Assembly (NCBI GenBank): GCA_002897695.1
Contig: BDTG01000041.1
Location: forward strand, 20,101 to 84,100
DNA: 64,000 nt
DNA from: a bacterium BMS3Abin14
GTDB taxonomy: Bacteria; BMS3Abin14
Direction: 5' to 3'
The translations under genes were made by a program, and so were the position numbers. Under the pieces are notes generated by a model. It had not been told where the DNA came from, did not search any database, and was given only the letters and a program-made list of their open reading frames with translations. Positions 52,407-60,842 of this stretch are shown here, piece after piece. Positions within the stretch are counted from its first letter, which is position 1, and every line of letters begins with the position of its first letter.

Positions 52407-53811
52407 CCCCCTCGGCAGGAACTGGGGCCGGGTTCAGAAATTTTTCCATAACTCTTTCAATCCTGGCGGCCCGGGACGCCTTGAAGAGCACCCACACCCC
52501 CGGCGTCAGGAGCCCGGCAAGCGCATCAACTGCGGCGGCGTCCCCTGAGCATTTAAAGATATTTTTTCTCGGCATCCCCGATTCAGTTGCGCCTTTACAG
52601 ATCAATTCAGCCGCCGGGCCTACCGCCACCAGATAGTCGACTTCAAGCTCTCCCACTCGTCGGCCCACGAGAACGTGCCCCTGTTCGAAGTACTCCCCCA
52701 ATTCCTTCATCTCGCCGAGCACGGCGACGGTGACACCCTCGCTTCTCAATGCCGCGAGATTCTCAAGGGATGTCCCTACGGACAGGGGGTTGGCATTGTA
52801 GGAATCGTCTATGAAGTTGATCCCCGGTCGGGGGTTGAGGATCCCGCCTCTTCCGTTCTGGGGTTGCCAGGAATCAAGACCACTCGTCATGTCTTCGAGG
52901 GATATACCCAGAGGCAGTGTTACGGCGGCGGCGGCCAGGGCATTCTCCACAAAATGCCTGCCGAAGCCCCTGATGTGCACGCGCGCCCTTCCCAGGGGGG
53001 TCTCCATTAAAAAACTGGTCATGATCCCCAATGAGATCTCCGATGCCGTCACCTCGCCGGTATCCAGCCCATAGGTGACGACTCTGCAGTTCGCCCGATC
53101 ACGCAATTCCTCATACCATTGGCTGTCCCCGTTCAGGGCGCACCACCCGCTGGAAGGCAATGCATCGAGAACTGCGGCCTTCTCGCGCACAAGGGACATG
53201 GGATCCCCAAACCCCTCCAGGTGGGCCCAGCCAAGCCTGGTAATGACCGCCGCCTCCGGCTGAAGGATGGACGTCAGCATGGCGATCTCCCCGGGGGCAT
53301 TGGAACCAAGCTCAAGGACCGCACACCGGTGATAATCGGCGAGCCCCAGGAGAGAAAAGGGAAGCCCGATATGGTTATTGAGATTACCTGCATTTTTCAG
53401 ACATGGCCCCATGGTGGAAAGGATGCATGCCGTCATCTCCTTGATAGTTGTCTTTCCGACACTCCCCACAACCGCGAGAGCGGGGATGGGGTGGCGCTCT
53501 CTCCAGAACGAAGCCAGTGACTGCAGCGCCCGGATCGTATTTTTCACAACGATGAGCGGTATGGGTGGTATCTTTGACGCCACCGGTGGGAGATCACCAT
53601 CCACCACTGCGAGCGCTGCACCTGCTTTCCATGCATCCCGAAGGAAATCATGGCCGTCATGAACTTCACCCCTGATCGCTAAAAACACCTGGCCGGAGGT
53701 AACAGTCCGGCTGTCGATGGATATACCCGTAAAAAGCTGATGTCCCGCGGCGCTGGTTATGAGAGTCCCTCCTGTACCGGCCAGAACGTCTTTCAGGCTG
53801 AACCGTATCAC
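52399..53811 (-). CDS. murF: UDP-MurNAc-tripeptide--D-Ala-D-Ala ligase
   Basis: Mur ligase motifs (VGSVGKTT). Confidence 0.9.
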   Translation of the reverse strand: MIRFSLKDVLAGTGGTLITSAAGHQLFTGISIDSRTVTSGQVFLAIRGEVHDGHDFLRDAWKAGAALAVVDGDLPPVASKIPPIPLIVVKNTIRALQSLASFWRERHPIPALAVVGSVGKTTIKEMTACILSTMGPCLKNAGNLNNHIGLPFSLLGLADYHRCAVLELGSNAPGEIAMLTSILQPEAAVITRLGWAHLEGFGDPMSLVREKAAVLDALPSSGWCALNGDSQWYEELRDRANCRVVTYGLDTGEVTASEISLGIMTSFLMETPLGRARVHIRGFGRHFVENALAAAAVTLPLGISLEDMTSGLDSWQPQNGRGGILNPRPGINFIDDSYNANPLSVGTSLENLAALRSEGVTVAVLGEMKELGEYFEQGHVLVGRRVGELEVDYLVAVGPAAELICKGATESGMPRKNIFKCSGDAAAVDALAGLLTPGVWVLFKASRAARIERVMEKFLNPAPVPAEGGD

Positions 53812-55274
53812 CTCGCCGCCTCCATGACAGCGGCGATGGCGGCTGCGACCTCATCCACATCCGAGAACGGCAGGACCTGATCTCCCGTGGTCTGATAATT
53901 TTCATGCCCCTTCCCGGCCACCACCAGGATATCATCCGGCCCGGCCATGCGGGATGCCAGTTTTATTGCCTCGCGGCGATCGGCAACACGGCGGACATTC
54001 GCCCTGCAGTGGGCCATCCCCGCCACAATTTCGTCGATAATGGAGTCCGGGTCTTCACTACGAGGATTATCGGAGGTAACGATAACCTGGTCGGCAAGTT
54101 TCCCGGCGATGCCCCCCATGATGGAGCGTTTGGACCTGTCCCGGTCGCCGCCGCAGCCGAAAACGACAATTGCTTTGCCCCTTGTGATCATTCGGACGTT
54201 TTCAAGGAGATTTTTCAGTGCGTCAGGGGTATGAGCGTAATCCACTATGGCCGCATAGGGCTGTCCTTTGTCGACTCTTTCAAAACGTCCCGGGACCATG
54301 GTGACATCCTGAATACCCTCTGAAATCTTTCCGGCGTCCACACCCAGAAGCCCGCATACAGCCACCGCAACCATGATATTATAGACGTTAAAATGCCCGG
54401 GCAGGGTCGTGTTCACGGGTATCGTGCCCCAGGGGGTTTCCAGGACGAACCGGCTGCCCCAGCTCCATCCGTCAATCTCGCCCCTGATCCGCACATCTCC
54501 GGCTTTCATCCCGACGGTGAGAATCGGGCCATCCGCCTCTCTGTATAACCTGGCCCCATAACCGTCATCGATGTTCACCACGCCGCTGACTGTTGAAGGA
54601 TCTGTAAAGAGGCGTGCTTTCACCTGGAAGTAATCCTCCATGTCGGAATGAAAATCGAGATGGTCCTGCGTCAGGTTGGTGAATGCGGCCACCTCCATGC
54701 GCAATCCATCCACGCGGTGAAGGACCATCGCATGGGAAGATACCTCCAGAATGCATGCCTTGCACCCTGATGAGACCATGCTCGCCAGATATGCATTTAA
54801 ATCAGGGGACTCAGGGGTCGTTCTTGACGCGCTCAACACCTCGCTGCCGATGAGATATTGCACTGTGCCGATAAGGCCCGGCCTGAATGCCGACGAATTC
54901 AGAATTCCGTGAATTATGTAGGCTGTTGTAGTTTTTCCGTTCGTGCCTGTTATTCCCACCAGCTTCAGGGCGGCTGATGGATCGTGATAGATGTTTCTTG
55001 AGGCCAGGGCCATGGCGGCCCGAACATCATCCGCCAGGACGAACGTCGTCCCCTGGACCGGGGATACATGATGGCCGGTTAAAAATACTTCGGCTCCCTT
55101 CTCCATGGCATCCCCGATAAAGGTGGCTCCATCGAATCTTTCCCCGGTAACGGCTGCAAAAAGGTCTCCAGGACGAACACGCCTTGAATCGCAACGGATC
55201 CCCGTCACATCAACCTCCCCCGCGCCAACGATTCTGACCCCGGGCACACCGTCCATGACATCGCGAATTTTCAA
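53808..55274 (-). CDS. murE: UDP-MurNAc-L-Ala-D-Glu--2,6-diaminopimelate ligase (TTG start)
   Basis: Mur ligase GITGTNGKTTT and the DAP-specific DNPR motif (SDNPRSEDP). Confidence 0.9.
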   Translation of the reverse strand: MKIRDVMDGVPGVRIVGAGEVDVTGIRCDSRRVRPGDLFAAVTGERFDGATFIGDAMEKGAEVFLTGHHVSPVQGTTFVLADDVRAAMALASRNIYHDPSAALKLVGITGTNGKTTTAYIIHGILNSSAFRPGLIGTVQYLIGSEVLSASRTTPESPDLNAYLASMVSSGCKACILEVSSHAMVLHRVDGLRMEVAAFTNLTQDHLDFHSDMEDYFQVKARLFTDPSTVSGVVNIDDGYGARLYREADGPILTVGMKAGDVRIRGEIDGWSWGSRFVLETPWGTIPVNTTLPGHFNVYNIMVAVAVCGLLGVDAGKISEGIQDVTMVPGRFERVDKGQPYAAIVDYAHTPDALKNLLENVRMITRGKAIVVFGCGGDRDRSKRSIMGGIAGKLADQVIVTSDNPRSEDPDSIIDEIVAGMAHCRANVRRVADRREAIKLASRMAGPDDILVVAGKGHENYQTTGDQVLPFSDVDEVAAAIAAVMEAAR

Positions 55275-55287
55275 TTTCCGGCAACCT

Positions 55288-55349
55288 CGTTAAAAGTCGT
55301 CTCTCGCCGCGCATCTCCTGCGTGGCGGACTTTTTGCACATTCATCACG
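55288..55349. repeat. Intergenic repeat/hairpin element E5 in the ftsI-murE gap
   Basis: cgttaaaagtcgtctctcgccgcgcatctcctgcgtggcggactttttgcacattcatcacg. A long imperfect hairpin bounded by an A-run and a T-run. The right arm overlaps the ftsI stop. Confidence 0.7.
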
Positions 55350-57315
55350 TCTTGATCCTCGGCATGAGAGAAAGCCTGATTTTCTGTCCCACATTTTCCC
55401 CTGGCGCAGGGTCCTGGCGAATCACTACCCCGGTACCGGAAACATCAATACCCGAGTTCAGGCCGGAAAGTACCTGGAGGGCCTCTCTTAAAGTCAGGCC
55501 CTGGAGATCCGGCATGGCAGGGGAACCGGAAGCGTCTACTTCATGATCCGCCCGGGCAAGTTTCGTTCCCTCGGGAATCGGGGGATATTTTCTGTCTTTT
55601 TCGGGAACAGCGGGTTCAACCTTGAGATACTCCAACGTTTTTCCAACTATTCTGGCCCAGATGGGCGCGGCAACCACACCACCGTATATATCGGTTTGAG
55701 GTTCGTCGACCACAACGATCACGGTTATGACCGGCTTATCAGCGGGGGCAAACCCCACGAACGAGGCCACATAGGCGTCTTCGGAATACCGGCCTTCCCT
55801 GGAGGAAAACTTCTGCGCCGTGCCCGTCTTTCCCGCGACCTTGTAACCTGGTATGGCAGCCCGGACACCCGACCCGCCTAGCCTGACCACAGACTCCATC
55901 ATCCCGGTCATCTTCTTTGCGGTAGACTCGCTGATCACCTGACGAATTATTTCAGGCCGGTTCTTCAGGACAGACTGTCCCGATGAATTGACAATATTTT
56001 CAACCAGAAACGGACGGAGGAGACGTCCCCCGGTTGCGATAACGTTGATGGCGTTTACCATCTGCAACGGGGTCACGGCGATCCCCTGACCGAAGGATGC
56101 GTTTGCGGTATCAACCTGCCGCCATGTGGCAGCATCCCTCATCACACCCTTTCTTTCTCCGGGCAACAGAAGCCCGACACGACTTTTAAAACCGAAACGA
56201 ACCGCATAATCGGCAAGTCGAGTCCTGCCAAGCTTAAGGCCGATTTTACTTGCCCCTATATTGCTGGATTTCTGGACGATACCCTTCAGGGTCAACCATC
56301 CGTGTGGAACATGGTCCTTGATAAAGATATTCCCAATCTCGAATTTTCCATTTTCACAGAAGAGGATATCCATATCATCAAAGACCTTTTCCTCCAAAGC
56401 CGCGGAAACTGTGATGATCTTGAAAGTGGAACCGGGTTCGTACGTGAAATTAATTGCGCGATTCCGGTAATTAGCTGAAGAAAATCTTTGAAATTCATTG
56501 GGGTTAAAGCCCGGAAAGCTCGCCATGGCCAGAATTTTACCGGTCGCTGACTCGATAACGATTGCCGCGGCCCCCTTGGCGGATGCTCCGGCGGCTCCGG
56601 CGTTGAGGGCCTCCTCTGTGAAGTACTGTATGGTTCGATCCAGGGTGAGATGAACGGTTGACCCCATCGTGGGTTTCAGGTTCCAGGAGTCGTCAGGTGA
56701 ATATATCCGTCCCATGGCATCCCTTTTAAGAACCCTGACTCCCCCAGCTCCTTTAAGCTGGTCATCCAGCGAGTCCTCAAGTCCTTCCAGCCCGCGGTCC
56801 GTGCCGACAAAGCCCAGAACAGGCCCTGCGAGATCAAGGCTCGGATAGTACCGCCTTGACTCCTTCTGAATCCCCATCCCGGGAAGGTCCAGCGCCCGCA
56901 CTTTTTCAGCCTTCTCAGGAGAGATTTTCCGCACCAGCCACACAAATCCCGATCCGGTTTTCATCCTGGCAAGAAGATGGCCGCCGTCCACATCTACCGC
57001 CTTTCCAAGCAGTTGAGCTTCTAATCCCTTGTCGGTGATATCTCCACGAAAGGCGTATACGGATGACACGGGAACACTGACTGCCAGGCGCTGCCCATTC
57101 CGGTCGAGGATGGCCCCACGGCGTGGGTTTATGCTGACCGTCATTCGGTTCTGACGGATGGCGCGTTCGCGAAGGACTTCCCCGTGAAGGATCTGAAGGT
57201 AGAAGGCCTTGAGCATGGGGAGCAGCAGAAGCAGCGGTATCAGGATTCCCAGAAACCTGATGCGGCCGCGCACCCCGTCTGTCCAGGAACTGCCCCGGTC
57301 GCCCCGTTTTCTCAT
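55345..57315 (-). CDS. ftsI: Peptidoglycan D,D-transpeptidase FtsI (class B PBP) with a C-terminal PASTA domain. Start ATG 57315; the track ORF is extended to 57372 through the repeat.
   Basis: TM anchor, dimerisation domain, transpeptidase SxxK/SxN/KTG motifs (STFK, KTGT) and a PASTA-like tail. Confidence 0.9.
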   Translation of the reverse strand: MRKRGDRGSSWTDGVRGRIRFLGILIPLLLLLPMLKAFYLQILHGEVLRERAIRQNRMTVSINPRRGAILDRNGQRLAVSVPVSSVYAFRGDITDKGLEAQLLGKAVDVDGGHLLARMKTGSGFVWLVRKISPEKAEKVRALDLPGMGIQKESRRYYPSLDLAGPVLGFVGTDRGLEGLEDSLDDQLKGAGGVRVLKRDAMGRIYSPDDSWNLKPTMGSTVHLTLDRTIQYFTEEALNAGAAGASAKGAAAIVIESATGKILAMASFPGFNPNEFQRFSSANYRNRAINFTYEPGSTFKIITVSAALEEKVFDDMDILFCENGKFEIGNIFIKDHVPHGWLTLKGIVQKSSNIGASKIGLKLGRTRLADYAVRFGFKSRVGLLLPGERKGVMRDAATWRQVDTANASFGQGIAVTPLQMVNAINVIATGGRLLRPFLVENIVNSSGQSVLKNRPEIIRQVISESTAKKMTGMMESVVRLGGSGVRAAIPGYKVAGKTGTAQKFSSREGRYSEDAYVASFVGFAPADKPVITVIVVVDEPQTDIYGGVVAAPIWARIVGKTLEYLKVEPAVPEKDRKYPPIPEGTKLARADHEVDASGSPAMPDLQGLTLREALQVLSGLNSGIDVSGTGVVIRQDPAPGENVGQKIRLSLMPRIKT

Positions 57316-57335
57316 TGGATCATCCATTTCGCCAG

Positions 57336-57405
57336 GGTCGTAAAAAATCCACTCATGGCTTTTTCCCAACAAAAAGCGAAAAATGCCATTTTCATTTTCC
57401 TCTCA
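57336..57405. repeat. Intergenic repeat element E3 in the ftsL-ftsI gap
   Basis: ggtcgtaaaaaatccactcatggctttttcccaacaaaaagcgaaaaatgccattttcattttcctctcaaatc. It shares the conserved core with E1 and E2. Confidence 0.7.
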
Positions 57406-57730
57406 AATCTTCCGGAATCATCATTACCTGTCCCGGACCAGGGTCCTTCATCCCCATGCGCTCCCGTGCAATATGCTCGATCCGTTCGGGCCTGTTTAAC
57501 ATGGCCCTCTCGATCTCAAGTTCCCGGTTGAGGCCGGCTTTGCGGGCCTCAGCCTTTTCCAGATCCCTTACCTGATATCCCAGGTCGATAACGTCGACAC
57601 CGCGCCATGCTGTTACGAAAATACCGCCGCCGACCAGAACGGAGATCAGCAGAACAATTGTCAATTCCCTGAGCCCGGGCGCCGCGATATGCTGCTCACG
57701 CTTTGCTCTGACTCCGGCGACTGCATTCAC
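57392..57730 (-). CDS. ftsL: Cell division protein FtsL
   Basis: Small bitopic protein with a coiled coil, positioned between rsmH and ftsI. Confidence 0.75.
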   Translation of the reverse strand: MNAVAGVRAKREQHIAAPGLRELTIVLLISVLVGGGIFVTAWRGVDVIDLGYQVRDLEKAEARKAGLNRELEIERAMLNRPERIEHIARERMGMKDPGPGQVMMIPEDLRGK

Positions 57731-58677
57731 GGGATGATCCTCTCAAAAACACGCATCTTGGCGCTCCTGCTCCTGGGGTTGGCGCGGATCTCATCCTCAC
57801 CCGGCACGATGGGGCGCCTTGTCACGACCTTCCCTTCCGGCTTTTCTCCGCATACGCACAGGGGAAAATACGGGGGGCATCGGCAGGGGTTTTCCATATC
57901 CCTGAATTCCCTTTTTACAATTCTGTCCTCCAGCGAATGGAAAGAGATGACAACCATACGTCCACCTGAGACCAGATACTCAACGGAATCGGGAATGGCG
58001 CTTGCCAGAGATCCCAATTCATCGTTAACCTCAATACGCAAAGCCTGAAAGGATCGTGTCGCGGGATGAATCCGGAAACGATCCCTTCCTCCCATGGCGG
58101 CCGCGATGATTCCAGCCAACTCCGTGGTGCTGCGGATCCGTCCCCTTTGACGGCTTCTGACTATGGCCCTGGTTATTGCGGCTGACTGCCTTTCCTCCCC
58201 ATAGCGAAACAGGATTTTTTTCAGGTCCGGTGGGGAATATTCATTGACCACTTCCTCGGCCGTGAGGGGGCCGGACGGGTCCATGCGCATATCCAGAGGA
58301 CCGTCGTACTGGAAGGAAAAACCCCTTCTTCCAGTCTCGAGCTGTCTGCTCGAAACCCCAAGATCCATGATAATCCCGTCCACCATATCTACCCCAGCTT
58401 TTTTCAGCTCGACCCCTGCATTTTTGAAATCGGCCTGGTAAAGATGCACCCTCCCTTCAAATTCCCGGAGCCTTTCCCCGGCCAACTTCAGGATTTCAGG
58501 ATCTCTGTCCAGGCCGACAACCTGTGTGCCCGCGCATCGAGTCAGGATGGCTGCGGAGTGCCCTCCTTCTCCGACCGTCCCGTCCAGATACACCCCTCCC
58601 TCCCGGATTCGAAGCTCCCTGAGGAGTTCATCCAGCAGGACCGGTATGTGCCCTTGCCCGGCCTCGTAACCTGCCAT
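57727..58677 (-). CDS. rsmH: 16S rRNA (cytosine1402-N4)-methyltransferase RsmH/MraW. Start ATG 58677.
   Basis: HIPVLL and the SAM-binding GGHS motif (DGTVGEGGHS). Confidence 0.9.
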   Translation of the reverse strand: MAGYEAGQGHIPVLLDELLRELRIREGGVYLDGTVGEGGHSAAILTRCAGTQVVGLDRDPEILKLAGERLREFEGRVHLYQADFKNAGVELKKAGVDMVDGIIMDLGVSSRQLETGRRGFSFQYDGPLDMRMDPSGPLTAEEVVNEYSPPDLKKILFRYGEERQSAAITRAIVRSRQRGRIRSTTELAGIIAAAMGGRDRFRIHPATRSFQALRIEVNDELGSLASAIPDSVEYLVSGGRMVVISFHSLEDRIVKREFRDMENPCRCPPYFPLCVCGEKPEGKVVTRRPIVPGEDEIRANPRSRSAKMRVFERIIP

Positions 58678-58699
58678 TATTCCCTGTTGGCATCCATTG

Positions 58700-58887
58700 A
58701 CATGGTCGCAAAAAGTCCACTTGTCTGCGTGCAACGCACAGGCAGGTTCATGGCTTTTTGCTCAACGGAAAGCGAAAAGTGTCCTTTTCACTTTCATCAC
58801 AAATCAACAACTTGCGTTCCAGGCCATTGATTCAGGCGCCCTCATGGATGATGGCTTTGTAAAAAGTCATCATCCATGAGGGTGCCT
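58700..58887. repeat. Intergenic repeat element E2, about 190 bp, in the mraZ-rsmH gap. It ends in a 13-bp perfect palindrome.
   Basis: ggtcgcaaaaagtccac...catggctttttgctcaacggaaagcgaaaagtgtccttttcactttcatcacaaatcaacaacttgcg...ctcatggatgatg-gctttgtaaaaagt-catcatccatgag. Confidence 0.75.
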
Positions 58888-58893
58888 GAGAGA

Positions 58894-59346
58894 TCACAGG
58901 CCAAAATCGGCCAGTTCTTCAGCTATCTGATCGAAATTTTCTACGGCTCGCTGGATCTCCTCATCCCATCGCTGCCGACTCCAGATCTCGATCTTGTGGA
59001 GCATTCCAGCCATGACGACATGCTTATCCAGCTCGGCGGCCTTCCGAAGGGTGGGAGGAACAAGGACCCTTCCCTGTTTATCCATTTCGCATTCAGTGGC
59101 TCCGGAGTAGAAGTAACGGAGAAATCCCTGGACATTGGACTTGAGCGTTGACAGCCGGCTTGCTTTGGATTCCAGAATTTCCCACCTATCGGGTGTGTAA
59201 ATCACGAGGCAATATGGTAGATTGGTGATGATGAGCCGGCCGTTGTGATTTTCTGCGATGACGTCCCTGAACCTGGCGGGAATGGCCAGACGGCCTTTAT
59301 CGTCGATAGTGTGTTCAAAACGGCCACGAAACAGAATTGGGTCCAC
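58894..59346 (-). CDS. mraZ: Transcriptional regulator MraZ (GTG start)
   Basis: Two MraZ/SpoVT-AbrB-like repeats with the DDKGRLAIP and MDKQGRVLVP motifs. Confidence 0.9.
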   Translation of the reverse strand: MDPILFRGRFEHTIDDKGRLAIPARFRDVIAENHNGRLIITNLPYCLVIYTPDRWEILESKASRLSTLKSNVQGFLRYFYSGATECEMDKQGRVLVPPTLRKAAELDKHVVMAGMLHKIEIWSRQRWDEEIQRAVENFDQIAEELADFGL

Positions 59347-59357
59347 GTATCACCTCT

Positions 59358-59383
59358 CCCCACTTTATCCCACATTGCCCCAC
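59358..59383 (-). promoter_or_regulatory. Putative MraZ operator: three GTGGG(G/A) direct repeats with 10-bp phasing in the mraZ 5' UTR
   Basis: The minus strand reads GTGGGGcaatGTGGGAtaaaGTGGGGagaggtgatacGTG(start). This has the same architecture as the E. coli MraZ-binding GTGGG repeats. Confidence 0.55.
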
Positions 59384-59870
59384 ACTATAGGGGTGGGTTT
59401 TCCCCTTGTCAAGAAAATGTTGTGATTTTTCTACGGGTTATAGGCGCATGCCAGAGGTCAAAAAACACTACATATGGGGAATGTGGCGGAGGTCACCCAA
59501 CATATTGAGATATGTAGCAGCCTCTGGAAGGCTGCTACACGGGGTTTCACCAGTCTTCGCCATCCACCTTCGCCAAAACTACGGTGGACAAGAGGCTTCG
59601 ACGTGAGTGAATCATGCCGCCGTGCCGGCATGATATCTCTTTTCTGTCTAACATGGCACGCATGTAGCATTACAATGGGAACTTGACGGCTTTTCGTCTC
59701 AATACAGGCCTTTTTGCTCTGTTTCCGGTCATTTTCGACCAGAAGCCAGACAGTTTTTCGTCAGCAGGATGGATCAGGCTGTGATAAATTTACTCTGGAC
59801 TCCAGGTTCCGGTACGCATTTTCAGGATGACCCAAAACTTCTTTTAACAGGAAATTAAAAGGGGATCTGT

Positions 59871-60842
59871 TTGAGTCCAATTTCATCGGAACTGGTCGGG
59901 CTTGGCTCTGACTTCATCGCTGAATTTCGTTATATATGGTGGTATTTTATTTTCGGCGTGGCCCTGGAGGCTCTCGTAAGAACCTTCGGGTGGCATATCA
60001 AGCTGCGCAAAATCCTTGAACGGTTTGGTCACGGCTCAATATTTCTGGCAGCCGGAATCGGTCTTTTCAGCCCGCTTTGTGCCTGCGGGATCCTGCCGTT
60101 GACCATTTCAATGCTCATAGCTGGAGTACCGCTGGCTCCTGCAATGACCCTTCTGGTAACCAGCCCCCTCATGAGCCCCGCGGGCTATACTCTTACCGCC
60201 TGGGAGCTTGGGAATCAGTGGGCGCTGGCCAAGCTTCTGTCCGCGGTGGCCATGGGGCTGTTTGCCGGATATGTTACCCTCTTTTTCCAGAAACGGGGAG
60301 GGTTCGACAACAAGGACCTCTTCGCAAGAGGTGTCCCAAAGGGAGATTTTCACGATCCGGACTATCCCTGCGATGATCTTCAATGTGACTGTCGGAATCA
60401 GTTCAGTAAAAAATATATCGAGACGAGGACGAAGAACAAATTCCTCATTTTTCTGGGGAAATTTGTTGAAGGCACATGGAAGATCGGGAAATTTACCGTT
60501 CTGGGCGTAGCGATCGAGGTTATCGCCGCCCGCTACGTACCCACGGAATGGATCTCCCCACTCCTGACCAACGCTATCCCTTTCAGTATACCGATCCTGA
60601 CCCTGGCGGTTGTTCCATTGCACGTCAACCAGATCATGGCCTCGGCTATCTTATACGGTTTCGTCGATCTTCCGCTGGCCCACGGACCGGGTCTCGCCTT
60701 TCTGGTGGGAGCTCCGGTTACGGCCATCCCGGTTATGGGGGTTTTTCTCACCTTCTTTCGCCGCAGGGTGTTTTTCCTCTACATGGGCATCTGCATTACG
60801 GGGACAATAGGGCTCGCCTATGCGTATCAATATCTTTTCTGA
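59871..60842 (+). CDS. UPF0718/DUF318 family permease (ArsP-like predicted permease)
   Basis: Eight predicted TM helices and the family-typical SPLCACG motif. The 3' end overlaps the start of the next gene. Confidence 0.7.
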   Translation: MSPISSELVGLGSDFIAEFRYIWWYFIFGVALEALVRTFGWHIKLRKILERFGHGSIFLAAGIGLFSPLCACGILPLTISMLIAGVPLAPAMTLLVTSPLMSPAGYTLTAWELGNQWALAKLLSAVAMGLFAGYVTLFFQKRGGFDNKDLFARGVPKGDFHDPDYPCDDLQCDCRNQFSKKYIETRTKNKFLIFLGKFVEGTWKIGKFTVLGVAIEVIAARYVPTEWISPLLTNAIPFSIPILTLAVVPLHVNQIMASAILYGFVDLPLAHGPGLAFLVGAPVTAIPVMGVFLTFFRRRVFFLYMGICITGTIGLAYAYQYLF

